DNA of 64,000 bases, taken from Phallusia mammillata. Taxonomy: Eukaryota. The notes under the pieces were generated by a model, which saw only the letters and a program-made list of their open reading frames with translations, did not search any database and had not been told where the DNA came from. The position numbers and the translations under genes are program-made. The stretch spans positions 9,052,001 through 9,116,000 of the forward strand of contig OZ281498.1 of NCBI GenBank assembly GCA_965637545.1, given 5' to 3'. This document shows positions 45,510 through 57,600 of this stretch, piece after piece (positions within the stretch are counted from its first letter, which is position 1; each line of letters begins with the position of its first letter).

Positions 45510-48500
45510 GTTAGTAATATGTGCATGATAAGCTATATATGGCGTGTGTTTAGCGGTATATCTGCACGCGTTATCTGTCATATTGCCAAAACGTGCGTGA
45601 TGCAATGCGGAGTCTTTTTGTGTGCAATTTTGTCTTTGCATTTTGAAATATCAAAACAGCAACATTCTAAAAAATAAAGATGTTAATATTCACCACTATA
45701 CTACATGTTTTTGAAAATTTAAGATTTATCTATTTGTTTTACATTTTTTTTAAATTATATTTTTTTGTTATATTTAAAAGACGTATTTTTTATGTTTCAA
45801 TTCCCAAGCATGGGTGTTTTGCTACAGTAAAAAGTCTACGGTTGTTTATTGTAAACATAAATAACACCGAGCTTATTTAAACAGAGCCGCCGGTTGCGCC
45901 GCTACTTTGGTGACGTGCCCCATTGACGTCATCAAGACACGTCAACAGTCGTCAATATGTGCTACAGCGACATCGGCAAAAGTGAACCTAATGGCACGAA
46001 CGCCGAAACCGTTTACAGCACCAATAGGCAACCAGTTACGGGGAGCACATTACGTTGGCGTTACACACGGTTCTGCCACGCACAGTACCATACTTCATCA
46101 TTGCAGGTAAGGTCAGACGTTTGTTATGGTAAAAAATCGTCTGTTGTGACAAATATCTTCTGGTTTTTGTGAACGTTGCTGTAAATATTCACTCAACTCA
46201 ACTCACTCAACATATTTGTATGTCAAGCATATTAAAGGCGTAATACCGAATCAACCGGTCTTCCATGCGTTACCACAAATGACAAGGCATGGGCTAGAAA
46301 AAAATTAAATTCTAGTTTATGAATGTATGTTTATCGTAGCTATCGTTGAAAAACGTCGTGACAGTTTCGTCCGCGAAAATTGACGAATTTTTTTCCATGT
46401 CCGCGAAAATTTAAGATTAGTTTTGTATGTCCGCGAAAAATACTTAAAAATGTATTTTGACTTCGGACCTATACTGATAAAAATATTGAAAAACCATTAA
46501 AACACATATGTTTACTGATACTTTTACATTAAACATTTAGTAAATAGAACGTTATGCAGGATGAATAATTTGATCGTTTTCGCAAACATTTATCAACCGT
46601 GTTTTGACGGAAGTGCTGAATAAGTCTGGCAGTCATCATTTTATTGGTTTTATTATTTTAGATACATTTTGAAAGTGGAGGGAGCCCGTTCGTTTTACAA
46701 AGGCTTAGCGCCCAGTCTTATGGGCGTTGTGCCATCAAGGTACGTTTTACGAAATTTGGATTATACATTAAAAAATGTTGTAAGCAATTTTTTCATGAAA
46801 TTTGCAGTTTTTGTTCAAATTGATGTCACAAAAAAAAACGTTTTAGTGAAAAAAAAAAGTTTAGGTGTGTAAAAATTTACTAAATGTTGATTTTTTTATG
46901 CAGAGCCATCTACTTCTACGCTTACAGCGGTGCCAAAGGCTACTTGCAAAGTAATCAAGGAATGCGAGCAGATTCAACCCTAACGCACGTTGTAGCAGCA
47001 ACGGCTGGCAGTTTTGCTTGTACCACTGCAACATGCCCGTTGTGGGTTGTTAAAACGCAGCAACAACTGCACAGAAGGTAAGAGTTGTTGTTGTTGTGCT
47101 GGCTAGTTGTAGCTACCACCGTTTAAACTCTTGTGTGCCCGAGTGAACAGTTTTGTGAAACTCAACACTGTATATTTACTTCAATGACTAAGGGCTGACT
47201 CGTCGTCTAGTGTGTAACACGCATCAGATATCATCACAAAACCTTACATAACCGTGCGTCATCATGTCAAACTCTCAAACAGCTGTTCTTCGCCAATTTG
47301 CGCATGAACAGCTCAAATACAATAGCGCGCCCTTTCATTTACTTTGTAAACAAACCCGCGACTCGGTGGTTTGGAATTCAATGGCGGAACGGAACGGTTA
47401 CAATGGTTGTCAGTGTTGCGAAACCTCTCATTGAGGGATTTATGTGGTTTACGTAACCTGACCATAGACAGCGCACTCAAGGGTGCGTTTTTGCCACTTA
47501 AACACCGGAAAGTGGGGATTAATGAACTTTACATACCAAACAAAAACGCCTAAACATACTAATTCCCATTCCTCGTTACTGTTTTATTGTTACAATTTTA
47601 CAATTTTTTTTATACTCACAAGAATTTTGATGTGTATATTTTTGTTCCTAAAATTTGTTTTCAAATAACTGCGGTAAACCTCGGTCCACCCGGACCCGTT
47701 TGGAACAAACAAATTTTCTTGATTAACCGATGTTGATTAGTTCAAGCCGTACCACATTACAAAAAGTTTGTACCCCAAGTTTTGTCCAAATTAGACGAAG
47801 ATCCGGATAAACCGAATCCGATTTAACCGAGGTTTGCTGTGTTACAAATTACCGTTGAATCATGCGCTTCATAATCTTAATGCTTTGAAAGCATCCTTTA
47901 GCTTTTAATAACAACCACCCTTTCTATTTTAGACTCAACAACGTCTCCCTCAGTGTTTTTGAGTGCTGTCGGCGAATTTGGTCAACAGAAGGCTGGCGTG
48001 GATTTTATCGGGGTTTAAGCGCTTCCTACGCTGGGATATTTGAAACCGTCATCTACTTTGCTATTTACGAAAGGCTAAAGGTAGGGCGTGGGAAATACTG
48101 AGGCACAGGCACACTGTGAAGTTTTTATGTGACATTAAAATTTTTTTAAGTGCATAGTAACCTTTCTTAAAGACTGTTTGCTTGTATAAATATGCACAAA
48201 CTTTTTAGTTACTTGTTTAAAAAAATATATTAAAATTTACTATTTCTATGAATTCTAATTTGAACAAGGCGCATATTTATAACCTGTTAATCTGTATTGC
48301 AGGTTAACTACTTACAGCAAAAGAATATCGACCCAAACGGATTATCAGTAATGAGCAGCTTTTGGGAACTGCCGGGCTTAATGCTTTTGTCCTCTGCTTC
48401 AAAGATTAGCGCTACTGTCTTAGCATATCCACATGGTAAGTTATACTTGAGCACAAATTTACAGTTCTAAATATTCTTAGCAAGAAGAATTTATAAGCCA

Positions 48501-50325
48501 GTAACAGAAAAAAATAACGCTTTTTACCGATAAAAGCAATTATTCGGTGATACAACGCAAGCGGATTGGAGGCAGACGCGTTTAAACCTGAGGCGCTGAC
48601 ACAGGCGTTAAACATTGAACAGATGCAGTGGTGTGGATTCCTAATAATGTTGCATAAAGAAAATTGAGCAGCATTTGCTGTTGTGTGGCACCAAGTTGGG
48701 TCACCTCTGTGCCTTTTACTTAACCTAAAGATGACTATAGAGATTGTCGAAACGTTGTAATGTTTTACACCCAAATACTGGTATGTATATTCTTGCTGAG
48801 AAGTTATGTTTTGTCATTTTACTTTGTGCGTTGTGAGAGTGAAATAGAAGCACTGGTTACACACAGGACAGAATAATTCCCTCTAAACACGTATAAATTT
48901 ATTGCCCTTGAGTCGGTTAGTGTGGGGCAAGCGGCCTAAAAGCTTAAACTTTTGTTGTACTGTTGCAATGTTTTTATGTGTTAAAGACGGCGAAAATCAA
49001 TTGAAATAATCCAACGTTATAATCGACTAAAATATTGAGATATCGTTAGATTTTTTGCATGTGAAAAATTTATGTTGCGCCTCTTTTTAGATGCACTAAT
49101 ACTTTGGCTAATTGTAAATTTAGAACTGATAATACGCAAAAATACACTTAACACAACGGCCTTGCATAACCTAGGGGTATAAATTATGTTACGTTCCGCT
49201 AATGTGCAAATGCTTCGTAGCATCAACGTAGATATAACGACAAACATGTGGTGTAGTTAATGTTACCTCAGTAGCACTTTATTGCGACTAAATTGTTTTT
49301 ATGCTAACTCGGGTCATTTAGCCAGTATAGTTCGTGGCGTAGAAGGACGCACTTTGCAGCATAGCATATCACGCATAATTTTACGTCATTGTAGTGCATC
49401 CGGGATGCTTGTCACGTCCAGTTATCACCCTTCCTTATCTAGCTTTAATAAAAGACAAAGACAATTGACCACTGTAATTCAGCTGTGCTCGCATACTGTA
49501 AAATATGTAAACATGTTTAAACACCGATGTCCTCTATATAAAGAGTTTTATGGATATCATACAATAAATACTTAAGTCGGTTTGTCATTTATTTATTTCT
49601 GAGTCCATTCCCTGGAGGATCACATATTGTTGTTATTCATATTTCTTTTTTCTGTCTAACACTGGTTTGTTCCAAGCGTTTGGTCAAGAAAGAGTAACTC
49701 AAACGTATTCAAATTTACACACACGCTTTTGATCGAGCGGTTCACCCACAAGCCCCCAACACATGAAATTTGTAATTAGTGTAGTTTTTCAAGTTTCATT
49801 TTTTGTTTGCAGAAGTGGTCCGTACTCGTTTGCGGGAGGAGGCAATTCAAAAGAAATACAGCGGTTTTTGGCAAACTGTCCGCGAAGTTCGTTTAAAAGA
49901 AGGTTCGCGCGCCCTGTATGCCGGTATGCCTGCCCAGTTAGTGAGACAAGTAAGTTTTTTACATTTTGAACAGCAGCTTTTGTTGCAAAACTTTAGTACA
50001 CAACCATATATCAAATTATTTTCAACTATAATTTCATCGTATTGTTATTTTTTACGTTTTAATTGTATAGCAATGTCCCTAACTAGTTTGATGCGAATGT
50101 ATGCTAAAACAAACAATTTTTTTCATTGTAAACATGTTTAAACGCAATTGTGGACAAACCATTAAAATTGCTCTTTAAAGTTTTAGTTTTATTATGCACA
50201 GAGCAGTTAAACTTTATGTGAGACGTTGTCACTCAGGTTTATAACCAGGATATATTTATTTTCAGGTACCCAACATGGCAATTTTAATGGGTGTTTACGA
50301 AGCTATAATATACGCTACTCGATAA
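45229..50325 (+). CDS. SLC25A36: Mitochondrial pyrimidine nucleotide carrier, SLC25A33/SLC25A36 (Rim2) family, 8 exons, 410 aa
   Basis: join(45229..45509,45885..46106,46662..46739,46904..47077,47933..48080,48303..48435,49813..49949,50266..50325) = 1233 nt, all GT-AG introns, phases consistent. Diagnostic peptides [92 protein letters not shown]25A33 and SLC25A36 cannot be distinguished (probably a co-ortholog). Confidence 0.95.
45885..46106 (+). CDS. SLC25A36: SLC25A33/36-like exon 2
   Basis: [23 protein letters not shown]...HSTILHHC; AG/GTAAGG boundaries. Confidence 0.93.
46662..46739 (+). CDS. SLC25A36: SLC25A33/36-like exon 3
   Basis: [25 protein letters not shown]. Confidence 0.93.
46904..47077 (+). 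CDS. SLC25A36: SLC25A33/36-like exon 4
   Basis: [11 protein letters not shown]...[15 protein letters not shown]. Confidence 0.93.
47671..47839. mobile_element. Tc1/mariner-like MITE (degenerate) in a carrier-gene intron
   Basis: CGGTAAACCTCGG...CCGAGGTTTGCTG; same family as 57662-57841 (inverted) and 63301-63455. Confidence 0.6.
47933..48080 (+). CDS. SLC25A36: SLC25A33/36-like exon 5
   Basis: [49 protein letters not shown]. Confidence 0.93.
48303..48435 (+). CDS. SLC25A36: SLC25A33/36-like exon 6
   Basis: [13 protein letters not shown]...[15 protein letters not shown]. Confidence 0.92.
49813..49949 (+). CDS. SLC25A36: SLC25A33/36-like exon 7
   Basis: [46 protein letters not shown]. Confidence 0.93.
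50266..50325 (+). CDS. SLC25A36: SLC25A33/36-like exon 8 (terminal)
   Basis: [19 protein letters not shown]-stop. Confidence 0.92.
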   Translation, partial: VPNMAILMGVYEAIIYATR

Positions 50326-50991
50326 ACAATTCGAGAATAAAAATTCGCCCGCTTTTGCTCTTACTTCTCTCTTGGAGGAGCAGTAGGAGGAGCCAAGAGC
50401 AACGCGTGCGCTTGCTCCGAGGATGATTAAAAGAAACAGGAGGAGTAATGAGGAGAAAGAGAACCCGCAAGGCGCAAACTGTTTAAAGCGCGCGGTGTGT
50501 AACAACTTGAACCGGCTTGTATTTCAACACGCGGCCAGACAAAGCAAACAAATACTCGGTGCTGTGCTTTTTGCTGTGAAAAAATGTATGCAAAACCTCT
50601 GCTCTGTGTCAATCAAGAGAAAAAAGATCAAGTTCAATTTCCCCCCTGTCAATTTTTGTTTCCAATGGAAAGTTTTTGTTTGGCGTTTACCCACTTTTAG
50701 TGTTTACATTATATTTTGAAACCAATGTTCAACCCTCCCAATGGTGTAACGTTTTTTTTCATTGAGTGCTTAATATACCACATGCAGCAAAATGTTAGTG
50801 GTATACACGTATGACTTTTTGGTATAGTTGCCTGACATTGACTGCTGGCTTTTCGGACTGTTAATTGCATTTACTGGCGTTTTTTGTCTTCCATCGCCAA
50901 TACAACAACGTAAAACACGGTTAAGTTGTTATGTTATAGCGGAGAGGTTGATTCAGGCATTTTAAATCGTATAGCAAAGTACAGCCTATAC

Positions 50992-51435
50992 CAGTGGTCT
51001 TCAACCTTTTTTAACCGCGACCCAAATTTATGAGAAAATTAAATTAGCATTAACATGCGACCCCATTTTTTTAATTTATCCAATCTAATTCGCGTTAAAG
51101 CTCACCAGTTTGTAGAAATCAGTTAATTTATGTATTTTTCCCAGTACCCGCTGCATTATTTTGGACACAATATGGCACTCGTGGGCTCTATCGCGTAACA
51201 ATGGGTTGGACTATGTTTACATAGAGTTTTACATAGATTATTGCACCACAATGATTAGATTGTGACACGAGGTACCAAGCTGTACTGCAAAACATAAGCA
51301 AAGGTTGCGAACTAGAACAAAAACGCATGCTTTTTTATGCTAAATTTAAAAGCCAATAAATTTAATTTATAGCGACCCCGAACAAAGTTTTGGCGACCCC
51401 ACTTGGGGTCGCGACCCACAGGTTGAAGACCACTG
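50992..51435. mobile_element. hAT MITE, 444 bp
   Basis: TIRs CAGTGGTCTTCAACCT / AGGTTGAAGACCACTG; CGACCC subterminal repeats; perfect TSD GCCTATAC. Confidence 0.95.
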
Positions 51436-52651
51436 GCCTATACTAACAACGCAGAACGCAAAGTAGAGTATACAAACAATGGGAATTGGTTACTGGGTCG
51501 TTTTAAGTGATACGTTAGTATAGTTGTTGCTTAAGACTAAAGTGCATCTTATGCCGCTGAGGCGTTTTGTAAGGTTAACTAAAAGGTGCAAGGCAAAGTT
51601 GCACTTTTTACTGCTCGGTCGAGTTGATTTTACCCACGCGCTTCTGCTTATTCTGGTTTACAGGAGCTCAATCTTTTAACAAAACCCACATTCACTTATT
51701 TTTCAATAAGAAGCATCTTTAAACGCAATCTATCTACTTTCTACTGGATTGTATGACACACAACTTATTTACGCCTAACGCCCAACAGTAGGCTGTAAAT
51801 GTGAGTAATTTGCAGTGTGTGTGTGATGGCATGCGTTCCGTCACTTTCAAACAGTTTAGTTCTCTTGATAATAATTATTTCACAACTGCGCTTTTGAAGC
51901 AACCTTTTTTTATTTTATGTCTGTAGTTTGCACACTGGCCAAAGGGGGGAAATAGTTCATGGGCACTGGTCTAGAAGGTCTAGACGGGTTGTCTGGGTGC
52001 TGGCCACACCCCCAGATACTCCCCCATGCCGTAAATGCCTCTTTGTTGTCCTTTAGTGGTTTCTAAATTTTGATACTTTGTCGCAACCTAGCGAATGCAA
52101 TTTTCAAGGCAATGTTTCTAATTGGTGTCGCTATGCCTAGATTCAAGTTTTAATGTAAACATTAAAAAACACATTTGAACATACTTGGAAACGCGACTTT
52201 AGTAAAAACTATGTCAGTTTTATTGTAGTTTATAGTTTGAGCGTTTTCTAGATCCAAAAACAATCGAAAATAACTAGTGATTTTTGACGTCAGACACGTT
52301 TGTAAAACGGTAATAAATCCTTTGATTGAACAAAATCAGTCAAAAAACACTGAACAACGTGTTAATGAGACGCAAAAAACACGGCCGGCAAAAGTTTCAT
52401 GATTAGGTCCCACCCAAAAGCTTACACCTTTCGCAACGCTGGCGCAAGTTTAAAAAGGAAAAACGCGTCGTTCCAAAGCATGTTAGTGGGCAAGGCGTCT
52501 TGTCCGGTTTGGTACTTCGTTGGGTCTTATTTCACATCGCAGTCGATCACACCATTGCTAACGTTTCGTAGCAGTCTTGCAGTGTATTTTGGTCGGCTTT
52601 TAAGCGCTTGTTCGCTATTAGGGCTAAATTAGTGTAGTGGGGGTGTTAGAC

Positions 52652-52843
52652 CATTGGTTCTCAAACTTTTTTAATGTCGTGGCCAAATGGTATTATTTTA
52701 AGTGTGTAGAGAGCTGCAAAAAAACGAAACCTTGAGAAAATCACTAAAGATTATTACTTTGAAAGCTAAAATAGCAATGTTTGGTGGTTTTCTGAGGCCT
52801 GGTGCGAGCCGCAAAATAAGTAAACCGAGTTTGAGAACCACTG
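52652..52843. mobile_element. hAT MITE, 192 bp
   Basis: CATTGGTTCTCAAACT / AGTTTGAGAACCACTG; perfect TSD TGTTAGAC. Confidence 0.92.
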
Positions 52844-53352
52844 TGTTAGACTATATGTTTTTACGATTAGACATACGGTTTTTACGATTACCGAGAAAGA
52901 CAGATTTTTTGGTTTACAAACAATTATGCCTAAAAAAGGATGTAATACAAACATGCAATGATTTTGCTTTGGTACACAAAATCAGAGTAATAGAGTATGT
53001 ACTGATCTCTCTGCTAGCATTGTTGATTGAGTTGAGTTAAGTTTATTTCGCCGGGTGAAACAAATCGTAGCAGCACAAATGGTCTAAAATATTTGCCAAG
53101 CCGGAAATAGTTGCGCAACGTTAAAGTGGGACCTAACCACTCGTGTTAGGAAAATCGGGTCGGGTTCAACAGGAAAAGAAATCACCAAAAGAAACCCTGT
53201 TGGATAGTTTTAGGCGCCAGAATAAGCGATGCAGCACAAACACATTAATGACGATATCACACGTAGTTTCACTACCTAACAATGGCACAAAAAAGCAATA
53301 AATAAGAAACAAAAAGGAAAAAATGAGTCCATGATTTTTCGCATCTTCGGAA

Positions 53353-53386
53353 GGGGTAGGGGTAGGGGTAGGGGTCACAGGGGTCA
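53353..53386 (+). other. Canonical G-quadruplex-forming motif (five G4 tracts)
   Basis: GGGG-TA-GGGG-TA-GGGG-TA-GGGG-TCACA-GGGG. Confidence 0.7.
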
Positions 53387-54191
53387 CGTTTAATTGACTG
53401 CGGGCTTTGTGTTGTGGGGTAAAACGGTTTTAAGAAGGAGGGCTGGTACGAGTTTGCATTGTTAACGTGTTTACATACGAAATTGACAAATTTTACTGAA
53501 ATGAATCATCACTATAGTTAAATGTGTAAAAACAAGGTTGTTTTGAGCTCGAATAACTCCTTGATGGAAAGTAAACGATTTTCCTCCATACAGTTTTATG
53601 TTGAACGCAAAAAAAAATTGCGGCATAACCTACTCTTATAAGATTAGCAATTACTTTGATTGTCTGTGATGCCAGATCAATATACAATACCGTATGTGGA
53701 AAATAATCAAGCAGTTATACATACTTAAAAGTGCTTTCTTATTAAAAAATGTTTTATTTTGTAGGCAATGGTCAAGTTTCTTTTACTTAAAAAAATCAGT
53801 TTGTTAATCTGCTTTTCAGGACAGCTTCATGAAGAATTATTCCTAAAATTTGATTTATTTAAAATGTTTTAGGGCTTGGCCTTAAATTTTAACCTGAACT
53901 GTTTGACAGCTGTGGTTTTGTTGACGAAAGAGTAGTTAAAATGTATGGCGTTAATGACAAGCAATGAATAAAATTTGTAGTTAAGATAATGAGTAGCCTA
54001 CATAAACGTTATGGTCACAAGTTTTGAATGAAACCTATGTTTTTATGCAGCTTATTTTATCAAAATTTTATACTGATTACTTTTAACATGGATGCAACAC
54101 TGTTAATTTTATTGCATTTTTTACGTAAGTATTTTTTAGAGTTTTGTTGATTTTTCTTTAAATATGTTTGTATCCATAAGTTTATTTAGAC

Positions 54192-54516
54192 CAGGGGTGT
54201 GCAACCTTTGTCACTGTGGGGCCACATATAATTGCCATGATCAGATCGCGGGCCGCACCAATACAACGCGATTTTAGTTTTTTGCATACTAAATATGTCT
54301 ATATTGAGTTAACAAGTAAAGTTGCATTTGAGTTTAGTCGCATTATTGTCAGGTTGCAGAAATATAGCACCGGGCGCATTGATCTGTTCAAAAATCTATA
54401 ATATTTGAATTCGTTTGCCAGTAACCTACATTTGAAATCCTGGCGTCTCTGTGGGCCGTACAACCTTTAATCAATGGGCCGCATTTGACCCGCGGGCTGC
54501 AGGTTGCACACCCCTG
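54192..54516. mobile_element. hAT MITE, 325 bp
   Basis: TIRs CAGGGGTGTGCAACCT / AGGTTGCACACCCCTG; TSD ATTTAGAC / ATCTAGAC (7/8). Confidence 0.92.
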
Positions 54517-54555
54517 ATCTAGACTATAACAGTAGTTATACGGTACCTGACAGAT

Positions 54556-54604
54556 ATGAACGTAAAAAAACATCAAAATATACTTTACATATGGTTACTT
54601 TTTG
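54556..54604 (+). CDS. EGF/SG protein exon 1 (signal peptide part)
   Basis: MNVKKHQNILYIWLLF; donor GTAAGA, phase 1. Confidence 0.65.
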
Positions 54605-57600
54605 GTAAGAAAACAAGAAACATTTTCGGTGTAATGCAAAATGACCCATCGATTTGCTAAAAAACGTATTTTTGTGATACATTTTATTACTGTTTTTTAC
54701 TCAGATTTTATACCCTACTGCACTGGTGCTCCGCTGTTGGTTAACAGGCACACTTGTATTAACGGCGAGCGAGACGACTTTGGTTTATGTCTTTGCAAGG
54801 CTGGTTTTACAGGAGAAGCATGCGATATTGGTAAATATGTAAATTTCTGTCTCGTTTTGGTGTTGCACGTTTGTTAACACATGGATGGAATAACATATAT
54901 GGCTTTAGTTGTAGTTGATTTTTGTATGCCACTGATTCTTTAACCGTACGAGGTTTCCATGTTTTTCCCGAAGCACTTGTTCTTCTACCCGTTTAACTTT
55001 TATCGTTGGCTTGATTAATGAAATGTGGGTAGAGCGTGCAGGGCGACCTAAACATCGTGTTATCAAAGGCCGTCTTATATATCACATTAAACTAACTTAC
55101 AAAATAACTTGCTCAAATCAGTTATGTGACTTGTTCACGACCAATTGTCTATTATTGTCTATGATGTTTGTTGTCGTGGTGTGTTGGCCTGTCAATCAAA
55201 CTTTAGGGCCTAAACCGGCTTCCAAACAAAAATTCGGGTTCGGGTCGTGTTTCGGGCTTGTAGTTTCAGCTTCGGGCTCCAATTTTAGGCCCGAACCTTA
55301 CAACTCTGCTTTGACATTTTCTTTTATGTTTATGCAGAATACTTTGATCATTTTGAAGTCGAATCAAGAATCATTGTAATCCCGCCGCTGTTGGAGTCTG
55401 ATATACAAAAAGCAACGGATTTTCAAGACAAATCAGACGATACGATTGAAAACAAGATTATTTTTTATGATTACAGTGGGAAAGAACGGACTTTGGGTGT
55501 AAGTGAAGCCTCCTACAAACACGATGACAGGCATTTTAAACGCATTTTTCAATTCCTGATTAGGCTATAGCCTGGTACGTTATCAGATTACTAAACAAAA
55601 AGTTTTTAAATAAAATCTGTAGTTAATTATCGATTACCAAAATAACTTTGTTTCTATTAACTTCTTACCCAAACGAGTTTACTTAAAAAAATTGTTACAA
55701 GGAAAAACGTAGGCTAAACTGCATTATGTTTTCCAAATAGTTTTTTTAAAAAACTTCTTTAAAATAACGTTTTTGTTTCTACGATTCCTGGGTAAAACAA
55801 TAAAATGTGTTAAAGTGTGGTATCGAATATAGTATCTTAAATTGGAATCTAATTGTGTTTAGTTTAGGTGGAAACAGCTGAGTTCGGAAAAACCCTGAAC
55901 GGTCGCACCAAAACAAATTCTCATCAATATATCGACGAGGAATTGGAAACGAAATTTTACCGGTTGAAGGATAAAGAAAAAATTGCGGACAAAACTTTTA
56001 AATCGCAATCCAAAGAACAAAATCCGGACAAAAATAAAGATAAAGCCAAACTGGTAGAAGGAGAATTTACAGACCACAAACTTATAGTTGCTGAATATAA
56101 TGGGAGTAAAAATTCTGAAGCAGGAATCTTGAACAGTTGGTCTTCTGATGATGATGAATCCATTTCTTTTCAAACCGGCTCTTTAAAGTTGCACAATTTC
56201 TCACAAATTTTAAATTTCACGAACAGTGATGGTAAGAATAAGATTTGTCATCTATTTGGAAGACATATTTTTTTAAGTGTTTGTGGAAGAGGTTAGGCTA
56301 AATATGCTTCCTGTAATTTTTCAGTGCTACCTTAATGCATTTTTAAGGAATTAAAATGTAAAGCGATTAAGTGTAGCCTATATGGCAACAAAGACAAATT
56401 TCTTACATCCAGCAACTTTTTTTATCCAATTCATTGTTGTAAACTGTAACGAAGCGCTTTTATTTTTGAAACTTTAGCGGCATATATATTTATAAAGCAC
56501 GTTTATATCTTGGCCTTGGCTTAAATTTTGGTTACCTTACCTTAGCGCCGAAAAAGGGCTAATAATAAAACGTTTACCCCTCATACAACATTTTTAACGA
56601 GCCCCTCAACAAACCAGTAAACTTCACATGCTTGGGGTTCAAATATACAAGCATTTAGAAAAATATATGTATAGTTTTCATAAGCCCTCAAGACCTAAAC
56701 TGCTTTTCAAAAGGAACAAACGAATAAAAAAATACCTTTATTATTTCCGCAAAAAAGAATTTATACCTTTTTGAAAACAAAATTAATCATGCGTGCAAAT
56801 GATGAGGTCACATACGGCCAATGTATGCTTTCGTGCTTGTGTTGTGCTGCATTTTTGTTTTGCAGTGAGCTGCGTGCACGGGATTCAAGAAAGAGTTTTT
56901 AAGCAATGTATATGTGAAGACGGATACGTGGGAGAATATTGCCAATCAGGTAACGCGGTACTGTATTAAGTACTGTATATCTGTGTTGTATTTTCGTTCT
57001 GGGCGACAAAACAAATTTAACTAAAAACACGGAACACAGCTGCAAAAACTGGGGGTAGCTGGCTAAAATATGTAACCAAATTTTAACCCTGAACTGTTTG
57101 TGATATTGTCCCCAATCTAAACTCTCATATCAGAGAACTTTACATTGAAATGTTTTGCATTGAATTACTTCTTTTATATGTCACATATCAGTATCTAGCT
57201 TTTTAAAAAAAATAGCTTGTCACAAATTTCAAAAAAATACTGCAGTGTGATGATAACTACAGATTTTATTGCTCAACCATATTATATGGCAAATATTTTT
57301 ACCAGATTCATAACCATAAGTTCTCTACTTCTCTAATTTCTTTTTTTAAGTAAAGCGAAATAGTCCCAAAATTACTTATTTTAATAACATAAAAAATATA
57401 TAGTGCAAAAGCAAACTGCAAAGCAATATATATAAATATGTGACATTGACCAAAATATTTTTAATCCCAAGGTACTGGTGAAAAATACGGTGATAAGGAA
57501 AGCATACATCGGTCGAAAGATAAAGGATTGCTTGCTCAAAGTCGTATAAACTTGGATGACAAATGCCTTCATGGAATACCGGTCTATACCAAAAGTTGCT

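Noticed and set aside
52399-53040. ORFs of 77-112 aa
   Set aside because: They overlap a MITE and AT-rich DNA and show no domain or splice-chain support.
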